Shown one piece after another: positions 1 to 9,560 of a stretch of DNA of 34,723 bases. The notes beneath the pieces were generated by a model, which saw only the letters and a list, made by a program, of their open reading frames with translations, was not told where the DNA came from and ran no database searches. This DNA is from a virus (taxonomy: Duplodnaviria; Caudoviricetes). Where the stretch lies: the IMG/VR virus record IMGVR_UViG_3300020045_015184, positions 1 to 34,723 of that record. One strand, written 5' to 3'. The position numbers and the translations under genes are program-made. The number at the start of each line of letters is the position of its first letter. Position 1 is the stretch's first letter.

Positions 1-5
1 TCATT

Positions 6-614
6 ATGGAAGTGAAAATGGATGTCAAAACAGATATTGCAAAAGCTATTGCTAAAATAGCTAAAATTGAACCTAGACAATTTCCATTTATTGTATCATT
101 GGCCATGAACACCACTATGCGCGAAGTAAAAAAAGAACTGCGCGAAGATATGGCTAAGACTTTTGATCGGCCGACTCCCTTTACACTTAATGGTTTAAGG
201 ACTGTGGTTGCCACAAAACAAAAGTTACAATCAGAAGTGGCTTTACGAGAGTTTGCTGGTAAGGGTGTGCCAGCTGCCAAGTACCTTGAACCAGAAGTTT
301 ATGGTGGTGCTAGGGCTGCAAAGAGCCATGAAAAAGAATTGCGTAAGGCTGGACTGTTACCAAACCACCTATTTGCTGTGCCAGCCAAAGGGGCCCCATT
401 AAACCAGTATGGTAACTTTTCTGGGGCATATATAGTCCGTATGCTTTCATATTTACAAGCATTTTCAGAACGCGGATTTATTGCTAACCGCAATGTAAAA
501 AAAGAACAAAAGGCACTTTTAAAGAATAAATTAAAAGCAAAAGCCAATACAAGCGTTGGTGCAAAAACTATTAAAGCACCCACAAAATCAAAAATTAACA
601 GAAGAAATACGTAA
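6..614 (+). CDS. Conserved phage protein of the type found upstream of terminase genes (gpZ/morphogenesis-like), probably C-terminally truncated
   Basis: N-terminal PRQFPF..SLAMN.T...FDRPTPFTLN motif typical of this family; ends in a Lys-rich tail at the apparent junction near 590. Confidence 0.55.
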   Translation: MEVKMDVKTDIAKAIAKIAKIEPRQFPFIVSLAMNTTMREVKKELREDMAKTFDRPTPFTLNGLRTVVATKQKLQSEVALREFAGKGVPAAKYLEPEVYGGARAAKSHEKELRKAGLLPNHLFAVPAKGAPLNQYGNFSGAYIVRMLSYLQAFSERGFIANRNVKKEQKALLKNKLKAKANTSVGAKTIKAPTKSKINRRNT

Positions 615-672
615 AGTTTTAGAAGCGCTACCAGAAAAATTTGCCAATGAAGTTGAAAATAATGAATACTGA
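589..672 (+). pseudogene. terS: C-terminal remnant of terminase small subunit
   Basis: Frame +1 reads QKLTEEIRKVLEALPEKFANEVENNEY*, resembling TerS C-termini; stop overlaps the TerL ATG at 662; frame is closed by TAA at 532-534. Confidence 0.6.
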
Positions 673-2596
673 TAATGTTAATATTTATCGTAATGCCTTT
701 ATTAAGGGTATTGTACCAGATGAAATATTATCAGTTTCAGAATGGGCTGATGAATATCGTTTTTTAAGTCAAAAAGCCTCGGCCGAACCTGGTAGATGGC
801 GTACACACCGTACACCCTATTTACGCGAAATATTAGATTGTTTGTCTTCATCTTCCCCTATAAAGCGTGTTGTTTTTATGGCTGGCGCACAAATTGGTAA
901 ATCTGAAACTGGATTAAATTGGTGGGGTTATGTTGTACACCATAGCCCTGGGCCAATGCTTATTGTACAGCCAACTGTTGAATTGGCTCAAAAGTTTTCA
1001 AAACAGCGTTTGGCTCCAATGATTGAAGATTCGCCTTGTTTAAGGGAGCGCATAGCTCCTACAAGAACAAAAGACAGCAGCAACACCATGCAAGTTAAAG
1101 AGTTTACTGGGGGCATTGTAATGCTTACAGGGGCCAACAGTGCTGTTGGTTTACGTTCTATGCCTATCCGCTATCTGTTTCTTGATGAAGTTGATGCTTA
1201 CCCTCATGATGTTGATGGTGAGGGTGATCCAGTAAAACTAGCCGAGCGCCGTACTACGACATTTTCTCGCCGTAAAATATATATGGTTTCAACCCCAACC
1301 ATACGTGATGTATCGCGCATTGAACGTGAATATTTAGCCAGTGACCAGCGCCGTTTTTATGTGCCATGCCCCCATTGTGATAATATGGACTGGATTAGGT
1401 GGGCCAATATTAAATGGAAAGATGAAGATCCAAAGACTGTACAGCTTATGTGTGAGTGTTGTGGGGCACTAATAGATGAACACCATAAAACTGATATGAT
1501 GGCTAAAGGTGAATGGCGCGGTACCGCCGATAGCGATGGTGAAACCGCAGGCTTTCACCTTTCATCACTTTATAGCCCACTTGGTTGGAAATCTTGGCGC
1601 GAAATTGTTAAAGAATTTTTAGATGCTAAAAGTGATCCACCACGCCTAAAAGAATGGGTAAACACGGTTTTAGGTGAAACATGGGAAGAATCTTACAGTG
1701 CGCGGCTTGATGCCAATGCTCTTTCAGAGCGCTGTGAGGATTATTCAATGCTTGTGGTACCAAATAAAGCGTTGTTATTAACAGCTGGCGTGGACGTTCA
1801 AGATAATAGGTTAGCTGTAGTTATACGTGGTTGGGGCCCAGATGAGGAGTCATGGCTTATAAACTGGGCAGAAATTCACGGTGATCCAGCCCAAAGTGAG
1901 GTGTGGGCCCAACTTGACGATTTATTAAATATGGATTTTGCCCGTGAAGATGGTCATAAAATTAAAATACGTGCTATGGCTATTGATAGTGGTGGCCACC
2001 ATACCCACCAAGTTTATGCTTATTCGCGCCAACGTAAGAAAAACCATGTTATACCAATTAAAGGTAGTAGTGTTGCTGGTAAAGCTGCATTAGGTAAACC
2101 AAGCAAGGTTGATTTGAACCATAAAAATCAAGTTATTAAGCGTGGTGTTGAATTATGGCTTATTGGTGTTGATACTATTAAAGGGCTTATTTATAGCCGT
2201 TTAAAGAAAACAGAAGCTGGCGCTGGTACTTACCATTGGCCACAGGGCATAGATAACCAATATTTTGATCAATTAACAGCTGAAAAACAATCTACTAAGT
2301 ATGTTAATGGTTTTCCTAAGCGGGTATGGACTAAAAAATCTGGGGCACGTAATGAAGCACTTGACTGTGAAGTTTATGCTTATGCGGCGCTGCAATATTT
2401 TTACACAAGGGTTAATACTGCTAATCTTTGGCATAAACTATCCAACTTATATAATAACAAGCCACTTGTAAAAGCTGAAAATACTGCTAAAGTTGAAGTC
2501 GCCGAACCTGTCAAGGAAGAAGTTTCTGTCATGGTTGAACAACGCAAAAAGAGAACAATACCCCGCCGCAGTGGTGGATTTGTTGGGAATTGGTAA
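662..2596 (+). CDS. terL: Terminase large subunit, lambda GpA family
   Basis: VFMAGAQIGKSE Walker A, YLFLDEVD Walker B, CPHC/CECC Zn motif, GVDVQ and AIDSGG nuclease motifs, NEALDC; start placed at ATG 662. Confidence 0.95.
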   Translation: MNTDNVNIYRNAFIKGIVPDEILSVSEWADEYRFLSQKASAEPGRWRTHRTPYLREILDCLSSSSPIKRVVFMAGAQIGKSETGLNWWGYVVHHSPGPMLIVQPTVELAQKFSKQRLAPMIEDSPCLRERIAPTRTKDSSNTMQVKEFTGGIVMLTGANSAVGLRSMPIRYLFLDEVDAYPHDVDGEGDPVKLAERRTTTFSRRKIYMVSTPTIRDVSRIEREYLASDQRRFYVPCPHCDNMDWIRWANIKWKDEDPKTVQLMCECCGALIDEHHKTDMMAKGEWRGTADSDGETAGFHLSSLYSPLGWKSWREIVKEFLDAKSDPPRLKEWVNTVLGETWEESYSARLDANALSERCEDYSMLVVPNKALLLTAGVDVQDNRLAVVIRGWGPDEESWLINWAEIHGDPAQSEVWAQLDDLLNMDFAREDGHKIKIRAMAIDSGGHHTHQVYAYSRQRKKNHVIPIKGSSVAGKAALGKPSKVDLNHKNQVIKRGVELWLIGVDTIKGLIYSRLKKTEAGAGTYHWPQGIDNQYFDQLTAEKQSTKYVNGFPKRVWTKKSGARNEALDCEVYAYAALQYFYTRVNTANLWHKLSNLYNNKPLVKAENTAKVEVAEPVKEEVSVMVEQRKKRTIPRRSGGFVGNW

Positions 2597-2597
2597 T

Positions 2598-3143
2598 ATG
2601 ACGACAGCCACAACTGAACCAAATATTGTCACTGCTGGCGATCTTATCACTTGGCAGCGCACACTTACAGATTATCCCGCCAATGTGTGGACTTTAAATT
2701 ATGTTTTTATTAATAAAAATTATAAATATTCAGCTACAGGAACTGCAAGTGGCACTGATCATGCTGTTTCTATATCATCATCTACAACAGCTAATTGGGC
2801 CCCAGGTGAGTATCGTTGGCAATCATATGTAACATCTGGCAGTGATCGTATTACTATTGGTGAGGGTAATTTAACGGTTAAGCCAAATTTTGCCACAGCA
2901 ACCACTTTAGATACACGTAGTATAGTAAAACGCACATTAGATGCTATTGAAGCTGTTATTGAGGGCCGCGCTAGTCAAGATCAACAAGAATATACCATTG
3001 GCAATCGTAGTCTTACGCGCACACCAATTGCAGATTTAATAGTTTTACGTGATAAATACAAAATGGAATACTTAAAAGAATTACAGGCTGAAAAACTTAA
3101 AAATGGCCTATCTAGTAACAATAAAATCATAGTGAGGTTTTGA
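2598..3143 (+). CDS. Head-completion protein with gpW-like C-terminus
   Basis: Lies between terL and portal; AIEAVIEGRAS..QEYTIGNRSLTR..IADL motif; ATG 2598 directly follows the terL stop. Confidence 0.7.
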   Translation: MTTATTEPNIVTAGDLITWQRTLTDYPANVWTLNYVFINKNYKYSATGTASGTDHAVSISSSTTANWAPGEYRWQSYVTSGSDRITIGEGNLTVKPNFATATTLDTRSIVKRTLDAIEAVIEGRASQDQQEYTIGNRSLTRTPIADLIVLRDKYKMEYLKELQAEKLKNGLSSNNKIIVRF

Positions 3144-4627
3144 TGGTGTGGCCATTTACAAAAAAAGCTGTGATCAAACAAAAGCGCCAATTTGAAAATG
3201 CCGCGGCCCAAAGGTTAAATCTAAGCTGGGCTACCAATTCTAACTCTATTGATGCTGATCTACGTACTTCTTTGCGTTCATTACGCGCTCGCAGTCGTGA
3301 CCTTGCACAAAATAATGACTATGCCAGAAAATTTTTAAGCATGGTATCTACACATGTTGTGGGCCCAAATAACTTTCAATTACAAGTACAGGGCCATGAT
3401 ATTGTAAAAGGTAAAAAGGTAATTGATGTTGCTGGTAATGCCGCTATTGAAAATGCTTTTTATAATTGGTGCCAAAGAGGCCAATGTGATATAACAGGCA
3501 AATATTCATTTTTTGATATTTGTAACCTTTATATTAAAGCTGTTGCACGTGATGGCGAAGTTTTAATGCGTAAAATATACGGTAAAGATATTGGTGATTT
3601 TGGTTTTCAATTACAAATATTAGATATTGATCGCCTTGATGTAGAAAAAAATGAAGTTTTAGGTAATGGTGTTACTATCCGCATGGGTGTTGAATATAAC
3701 CAGTATAGTAAGCCAATAGCCTATTGGATTAGAACAAGCCATCCTGGTGATACGCCTTACTACGCCACTAAAGATGGTAATGTTTTTGAAAGAGTACCCG
3801 CAGATGATATTTATCATCACTTTATAGCAGATCGGCCAGAACAAACACGCGGATTGCCTTGGATGCATACTGCGATGGCGCGTTTAAAAATGTTACAGGG
3901 TTATGAAGAAGCTGCTGTTGTAGCCGCGCGTGTTGGTGCAACAAAAATGGGTTTCTTTACAAGCCCTGATGGTGATGGATCACCATTAGCTGATGAAACT
4001 GATGAACAAGGCACATTAACACAAAATGCCGAACCTGGGCGCTTTGATGTTTTACCAGCAGGGTATGATTTTAAAACTTTTGATCCTGATTATCCTCATG
4101 CTATGTTTGCCGAATTTATTAAGTCATGTTTACGTGGTGTGGCAAGCGGTATAGGTGTTGCCTATAACACACTTGCTAATGATTTAGAGGGCGTTAATTT
4201 TAGTAGTATTCGTTCAGGAACCCTTGAAGAACGCGATCAGTGGATGGTAATTCAACGGTGGATGATAGAAAGCTTCTTAAATGATGTTTATAGTACATGG
4301 TTAAAATTTGCCTTACTTACAAATAAAATCGTATTTAATAGCGGTGGCGTTATGCCATTTTCTAAATATGATAAATTTAATGTTTTTAAATGGCAGGGTC
4401 GTAGATGGCAGTGGGTTGATCCGCTTAAAGATGTTGAAGCAAACGTAGTTGCTATCAATAATGGTTTAAGAAGTCGTGAAGATGTTATTTCAGAAACTGG
4501 CCGCGATGTTGAAGATGTATTTATGCAATTATCAGCTGAAAATGAGCAAATGAAAAAATTAAAGATTAATGTAGTAAGCAACGCCGAAGCAGGGCAAATG
4601 GATGCACAAGGGAACCCAATACAATAG
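3143..4627 (+). CDS. Portal protein, lambda family
   Basis: LRARSRDL..NN, RPEQTRGLP, DLEGVNFSSIR, WVDPLKD motifs; TGATG coupling to the upstream gene. Confidence 0.93.
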   Translation: MVWPFTKKAVIKQKRQFENAAAQRLNLSWATNSNSIDADLRTSLRSLRARSRDLAQNNDYARKFLSMVSTHVVGPNNFQLQVQGHDIVKGKKVIDVAGNAAIENAFYNWCQRGQCDITGKYSFFDICNLYIKAVARDGEVLMRKIYGKDIGDFGFQLQILDIDRLDVEKNEVLGNGVTIRMGVEYNQYSKPIAYWIRTSHPGDTPYYATKDGNVFERVPADDIYHHFIADRPEQTRGLPWMHTAMARLKMLQGYEEAAVVAARVGATKMGFFTSPDGDGSPLADETDEQGTLTQNAEPGRFDVLPAGYDFKTFDPDYPHAMFAEFIKSCLRGVASGIGVAYNTLANDLEGVNFSSIRSGTLEERDQWMVIQRWMIESFLNDVYSTWLKFALLTNKIVFNSGGVMPFSKYDKFNVFKWQGRRWQWVDPLKDVEANVVAINNGLRSREDVISETGRDVEDVFMQLSAENEQMKKLKINVVSNAEAGQMDAQGNPIQ

Positions 4628-4660
4628 GGTATTGATAATAAGTTAATTTTTTGTTAAGGT

Positions 4661-6490
4661 ATGGACATGAAAATAGATTTTACCAAAATTCAAGACTTAA
4701 AACGTAGCATTACTTTTGATAAAAATGCTGTGAATGAAGATAGCCGTACAGTTACACTCGCTTTTTCAAGTGAGATGCCTGTAGAGCGTTATTTTGGCTT
4801 AGAAATTCTTGACCATAGTGTGCAATCAGTAAGGCTTGGTCGTCTTACAGATGGCTCACCATTGTTATTGAATCATGATCCCGAAAAACAAATTGGGGTT
4901 ATTGAAAGTGTTGAAATTGGGGCAGATCGCATTGGTCGTGCGGTGGTTCGTCTGGGTAAGGGTGAACTGGCAACAGAAATTTTTAATGATATTGTTGATG
5001 GCATACGCAGCAAAGTTTCAGTTGGATATATGATTCATGGTGCTACAGAAACTAAGGAAAATGGTCAGGATGTCTATCGGGCAACTGATTGGGAGCCTTA
5101 CGAAATTAGCATTGTGTCAATTCCAGCAGATATTAGTGTTGGTGTAGGCCGATCAGCCGAATTTGAATCTCAATTAACTAAAGAAAATGAGGAAGAAAAA
5201 ATGAAAAAAGATGATACTAACGATGTTGCTGAAACACCAAAAGCTACTGTAGATACAAATGCTGTTTTAAATGAAGTACGCCAAAAAGAAGTAGAACGAA
5301 TTTCTGAAATTAACGCCCTTGGCGCTAAATTTTCTAAAATTGGCGGCACTGATTTAGCGCGCGAATTTATTGCTAAAGGCAGTTCAATTCAAGAGGCTCA
5401 ATCTGCTTTTCTTGAACGTGCTGCTTCAACTAAGCCAACCACAATTACTGATGATAAAATTGGTATGAGTGAAAGTGAAATTAAAAGCTTCTCTTTAGTG
5501 CGCTTAATTAATGTTTTAGCAAACAAAGATAGCCAAGAGGCTCGTAAAGCTGCTAGTTTTGAACTTGATGTTTGTGAAACCGCCGCTCGTAAAGCCACTA
5601 AAGAAGTTCGTGGTTTCTTAGTTCCAACCGATGTTTTATATCATGGTAAACGTGATTTAAACACAGGTACATCAACTGCTGGTGGTAACTTAGTAGCTAC
5701 CAATTTACAAGCTAGTAGCTTTATTGAATTGTTGCGTAACAAGTTAGCTTTAACACAACTTGGTGCAACAGTACTTACTGGTTTAGAGGGCAATGTTAGT
5801 GTGCCTAAACAAACTGGTGGTGCTACTGCATACTGGCTTAGTGAGGGTTCAGCACCTACTGAAACTCAACAAACAATTGGTCAGGTTCAGTTTCAACCTA
5901 AAACCGTGGGTGCGTTTACCGACTACACACGCCGTTTACTGTTACAATCTTCTGTTGATGTAGAATCAATGGTACGTAATGATTTAGCTAGAGTTTTGGC
6001 TTTGGCAATTGATTACGCTGGTTTGTATGGTACTGGTTCAAGCGGCCAGCCACAGGGTCTTAAAAACATTAGTGGTGTTTTAACAAAAGACTTTGCAGCT
6101 AATACACCAACATATGCAGAAGTAGTTGATCTTGAAACCTTGGTAGCAGCACAAAATGCTGATGTTGCTGGCATGGCCTACTTGACAAACTCAACCATGA
6201 AAGGTTCATTAAAAACTGCACCTAAAGTATCGGGTTATCCTGATTTCATTATGAACGCAGATAATAACCTAAACGGTTATCGTACAGTAATCAGCAACCA
6301 AGTCGCATCTAATGACTTGTGGTTTGGTGACTGGACTAACTTTGTGATGGCTATGTGGGGTGGTTTAGACATTATGCTTGATCCATACGCCAACAGCACA
6401 AGCGGTGGTGTTCGCATTATCGCCTTGCAAGATGTTGATTTGAACGTACGTCAAACAGTATCGTTTGTTCGTGGTAACAACACTCTTTAA
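4661..6490 (+). CDS. Fused HK97-type prohead protease and major capsid protein
   Basis: N-terminal LLLNHD, SKVSVGY, WEPYEISIVSIPAD protease motifs; C-terminal HK97-fold capsid motifs (GGNLVAT, PKTVGAFTDYTRRLLLQS, GTGSSGQPQGL, FGDW). Confidence 0.92.
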   Translation: MDMKIDFTKIQDLKRSITFDKNAVNEDSRTVTLAFSSEMPVERYFGLEILDHSVQSVRLGRLTDGSPLLLNHDPEKQIGVIESVEIGADRIGRAVVRLGKGELATEIFNDIVDGIRSKVSVGYMIHGATETKENGQDVYRATDWEPYEISIVSIPADISVGVGRSAEFESQLTKENEEEKMKKDDTNDVAETPKATVDTNAVLNEVRQKEVERISEINALGAKFSKIGGTDLAREFIAKGSSIQEAQSAFLERAASTKPTTITDDKIGMSESEIKSFSLVRLINVLANKDSQEARKAASFELDVCETAARKATKEVRGFLVPTDVLYHGKRDLNTGTSTAGGNLVATNLQASSFIELLRNKLALTQLGATVLTGLEGNVSVPKQTGGATAYWLSEGSAPTETQQTIGQVQFQPKTVGAFTDYTRRLLLQSSVDVESMVRNDLARVLALAIDYAGLYGTGSSGQPQGLKNISGVLTKDFAANTPTYAEVVDLETLVAAQNADVAGMAYLTNSTMKGSLKTAPKVSGYPDFIMNADNNLNGYRTVISNQVASNDLWFGDWTNFVMAMWGGLDIMLDPYANSTSGGVRIIALQDVDLNVRQTVSFVRGNNTL

Positions 6491-6497
6491 GTAACTT

Positions 6498-6527
6498 AAT
6501 TGGGCCCACAATAATGTGGGCCCAATT
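6498..6527 (+). terminator. Perfect 13-bp hairpin after the capsid gene (attenuator or mRNA stabiliser)
   Basis: aattgggcccaca-ataa-tgtgggcccaatt; no real U-tract. Confidence 0.7.
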
Positions 6528-6544
6528 CAATGAAAGGTACTACC

Positions 6545-6958
6545 ATGACAATTAAAAAAATTATAATGACGGTGCAATGCGTTGTTAATGGCAAAAGCCG
6601 TAAGATTGGTGAAATTATTGATGTTGATTTATCAGAGCGTAATTCATTAGTTGGTAATAAATTAGCCAATGATTATCAAGCACCACCTAAGCCACCTACT
6701 AAAGCAGAACTGGCCGCTGCCGAAGCTGCCGCTAAAGAAGCCGAAGAACTAGCTGCTGCCGAAACTGTTGCTAAAGAAGCCGAAGAACTGGCTGCTAAAG
6801 AAGCTGCCGATAAAGAAGCAGAAGAACTAGCTAACGCCGCTAAAGCTGATGAAAAAAATGGTGAAACAAAAGAAAATGCTAATTCTTCTGAAACAAAAGA
6901 AAATGCTAATTCTGCTGAAACACCTAAACCTCTTGAAATAACCAAAACTAAAAAATAG
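6545..6958 (+). CDS. Hypothetical capsid-adjacent protein with Ala/Glu/Lys helical repeats
   Basis: GAAAGG RBS before ATG 6545; AKEAEELA x2 plus DKEAEELA, and ETKENANS x2. Confidence 0.7.
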   Translation: MTIKKIIMTVQCVVNGKSRKIGEIIDVDLSERNSLVGNKLANDYQAPPKPPTKAELAAAEAAAKEAEELAAAETVAKEAEELAAKEAADKEAEELANAAKADEKNGETKENANSSETKENANSAETPKPLEITKTKK

Positions 6959-6974
6959 AAGTGGAAAATTAAAA

Positions 6975-7358
6975 ATGGCGTTACCTTATAATATTGGCGA
7001 TGTAATTGATCGTTTAGTTTTAAAAGCTGTATCAGCAATTACAACAACAACTAACGGCACTGGCCTTGATTTAAATGATTATGAGGGCCAAGTAGCTTTC
7101 TATCTTGAATCATCTGCTGGTACTGGTACAAGCCCTACTTTGGATGTTAAAATCCAAGATAGTGATGATAACACAACATTTGCTGATGTATCAAGCGCTG
7201 CTTTTACACAAGTTACAGGCGCTGCTAGCGTTCAAAAACTTGTTTTAAATAGCAATAATGTTAAGCGTTATGTGCGTTGTGTATCAACCTTAACTGGTAC
7301 AACCCCATCATTTATTACGTCAGTTTATGGCATGGGTGTTAAGAAAAACTACGCTTAA
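6975..7358 (+). CDS. Probable head decoration or virion structural protein
   Basis: Thr/Ser/Gly-rich beta-type protein (LDVKIQDSDD..TFADV, KRYVR) downstream of the capsid gene. Confidence 0.6.
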   Translation: MALPYNIGDVIDRLVLKAVSAITTTTNGTGLDLNDYEGQVAFYLESSAGTGTSPTLDVKIQDSDDNTTFADVSSAAFTQVTGAASVQKLVLNSNNVKRYVRCVSTLTGTTPSFITSVYGMGVKKNYA

Positions 7359-7639
7359 TGGCTTTTGAAGAAGATTTAACCATATTTTTTGCCGATTTTG
7401 GCGTTATTGCAACATATAACGGAGAATCGGCAAAAGTTATTTTTGATATGCCTGATATTATCAATAGTATTGGTGATAATATGATTAGTGCTGATTATAC
7501 AGTTTTATTTAATACGCAAAACTTTACTGGAATTAAGTATGCTGATCAAATAACAGTAAATGGTGTAAACTATACTGTGAATGATGTACTTAAAGTAGGT
7601 GATGGTAATTTTTCACAGCTGGGGTTATCAAAGGTATGA
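7358..7639 (+). CDS. Head-tail joining protein (gpFII-like)
   Basis: FFADFGV.A..NG..VIFD motif, size and position. Confidence 0.65.
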   Translation: MAFEEDLTIFFADFGVIATYNGESAKVIFDMPDIINSIGDNMISADYTVLFNTQNFTGIKYADQITVNGVNYTVNDVLKVGDGNFSQLGLSKV

Positions 7640-8061
7640 CAGATACACGCAGAGAGCTTATTTTATCGGCTATTACAATAACAGTTGGTGCAATAAGTGC
7701 ACTCACTGGTAAAGTTTATCGTAGTCGCCCAGATGCCTTTGCAAGGCTTGAAACACCTGTAGTTAATATAAAGCCTTTGCGCGATACATCAAATGCAACA
7801 AATATTCCATTTTTAAACTGGACGCTACAAGTGGCGATTACTTTAATGGTGCGCGGTGCGGTGCCCGATACTATAGCTGATCCATATGTAGCTAGTATAA
7901 CAGCTGCCTTAATGGCAGATAGAACCCTTGGTGGCCTTTGTTTTGATATTTTGCCAGTAGATACATATTTTGAGATGCAAGAGGGTGATAAGCCAATGTG
8001 TGCGGTTAATATGATTTTTGAAGTAACTTATAGAACTCAAGTAGGGGATTTAACAACATGA
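7636..8061 (+). CDS. Tail terminator (gpU-like)
   Basis: RRELIL.AI, VYRSR, D.TLGGL, YRT motifs; upstream of the tail tube gene. Confidence 0.7.
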   Translation: MTDTRRELILSAITITVGAISALTGKVYRSRPDAFARLETPVVNIKPLRDTSNATNIPFLNWTLQVAITLMVRGAVPDTIADPYVASITAALMADRTLGGLCFDILPVDTYFEMQEGDKPMCAVNMIFEVTYRTQVGDLTT

Positions 8062-8276
8062 CAATTATTATTGATGAATATCACGGCGTTGGTGGAACAT
8101 ATATTATTGACAAAAAAACAGGCAAAAGAGTGCCTGTCATAGAAAATAACGATCCAGTACCACAAAATCGTGATCCAATACCACAAAACAATGCTATTGC
8201 AGAAATAGCAGAAAAAACCTATATTAAAGAAGATAAAAAACCTAAGGGAGGGTTAGAAGATGCCGAAGCTAATTAG
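8058..8276 (+). CDS. Small hypothetical protein
   Basis: ATGA-coupled ORF; GVGGTYIIDKKTGKRV. Confidence 0.6.
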   Translation: MTIIIDEYHGVGGTYIIDKKTGKRVPVIENNDPVPQNRDPIPQNNAIAEIAEKTYIKEDKKPKGGLEDAEAN

Positions 8277-9192
8277 AAAAAGTGTTATTTTAGCAAAAAT
8301 TGAATCTACAGCTGGCACCGATCCAACACCTACAGGTAGTTCTAACGCTATTTTAGTACGCAACCTTAGTATTACACCACTTGCTGGTAATACTGTAAGC
8401 CGTGATTTGGTACGCCCATATTTAGGTGAGTTTGATCAAATTTTTGCCGAAAAACACGTGGAAATTGAATTTGAAGTTGAATATGCGGCTTCTGGTACTG
8501 CTGGTACAGCACCAGCATATGGCCCATTGCTTAAAGCATGTGCAATGTCAGAAACTATTTCAGCTGGTGTAAGTGTTACATATGCCCCTGTATCAACAGG
8601 CTTTAGTTCTGTAACTATTTACATGAATGTTGATGGTTTGTTACACAAAATTACATATGCTCGCGGTACAGTTGATATTGAACTTACTGCTAATCAAATA
8701 CCAGTTTTCAAATTTAAATTTATTGGTGTTTATAATGCTGTTACTGATACAGCGGCCCCAACACCAACATACACAGGCTTTCAAACACCATTTATTGTTG
8801 ATAACACAAACACCACTGGTTTTTCATTTTTTAGTGTAACAAGTTTGGTGCTTGAATCATTGATGGTATCAATTGGCAACCAAGTTGAATATAGATCATT
8901 GATTGGTTCAACAAGTACAGAAATTGTAGATCGCCGTACAAGCGGTGAGGTGGTTTTTGAGATGCCCCCAGTTTCTACCCTTGATATATTTGGCTCGGCC
9001 ATTGCTAACACAACAGGTGCTATTTCTATTGCCCACGGTGTAGGTGCTGGTAAAATTCTTACCTTGGCTAGCACTAAGGTTGATATTGGCCAACCAAGCT
9101 ATCAAGATAGCCAAGGTATTCAAATGGTAAGAACACCGTTTGTTATGTTGCCAACTAGTGGCAATGATGAATGGTCACTTGTTTTAACTTAA
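8260..9192 (+). CDS. Major tail tube protein
   Basis: ILAKIES..GTDPTP, GTAGTAPAYGPLLKAC, GNDE motifs; GGGAGG RBS; followed by tail chaperones. Confidence 0.85.
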   Translation: MPKLIRKSVILAKIESTAGTDPTPTGSSNAILVRNLSITPLAGNTVSRDLVRPYLGEFDQIFAEKHVEIEFEVEYAASGTAGTAPAYGPLLKACAMSETISAGVSVTYAPVSTGFSSVTIYMNVDGLLHKITYARGTVDIELTANQIPVFKFKFIGVYNAVTDTAAPTPTYTGFQTPFIVDNTNTTGFSFFSVTSLVLESLMVSIGNQVEYRSLIGSTSTEIVDRRTSGEVVFEMPPVSTLDIFGSAIANTTGAISIAHGVGAGKILTLASTKVDIGQPSYQDSQGIQMVRTPFVMLPTSGNDEWSLVLT

Positions 9193-9215
9193 ACTAACCC
9201 TAACTGGAGATAAAA

Positions 9216-9560
9216 ATGGCGTTTGTCGTATCAAAACCAGCCACATATGAGTGGCCTGTAACTATTGAATCACCTGTGGATGGTGGCGTTTATAAAAAAG
9301 AAACATTTAATGCTGTTTTTAATCGCCTAAGCCAAACACGTTTGCAAGAAATTAGCAAAGAGCTAATTGATCAAAAAATGACAGATATAGATGTTGCACG
9401 TGAAGCACTTGTTGGCTGGAATGGTATTTTAGATGATGATAAAAACCCTGTAGAATATAATCCAGTGCTTGCTAACCAGTTGCTTGATATTGCTGGTTTT
9501 GCAAGCGCTGTGGCCCAGTCTTTCTTTGATAGCGTTACAGGTATTAAAAGAAAAAACTAG
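9216..9560 (+). CDS. Tail assembly chaperone (gpG-like)
   Basis: Position between tube and tape measure; LVGWNGI motif; ends on the slippery heptamer AAAAAAC. Confidence 0.8.
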   Translation: MAFVVSKPATYEWPVTIESPVDGGVYKKETFNAVFNRLSQTRLQEISKELIDQKMTDIDVAREALVGWNGILDDDKNPVEYNPVLANQLLDIAGFASAVAQSFFDSVTGIKRKN

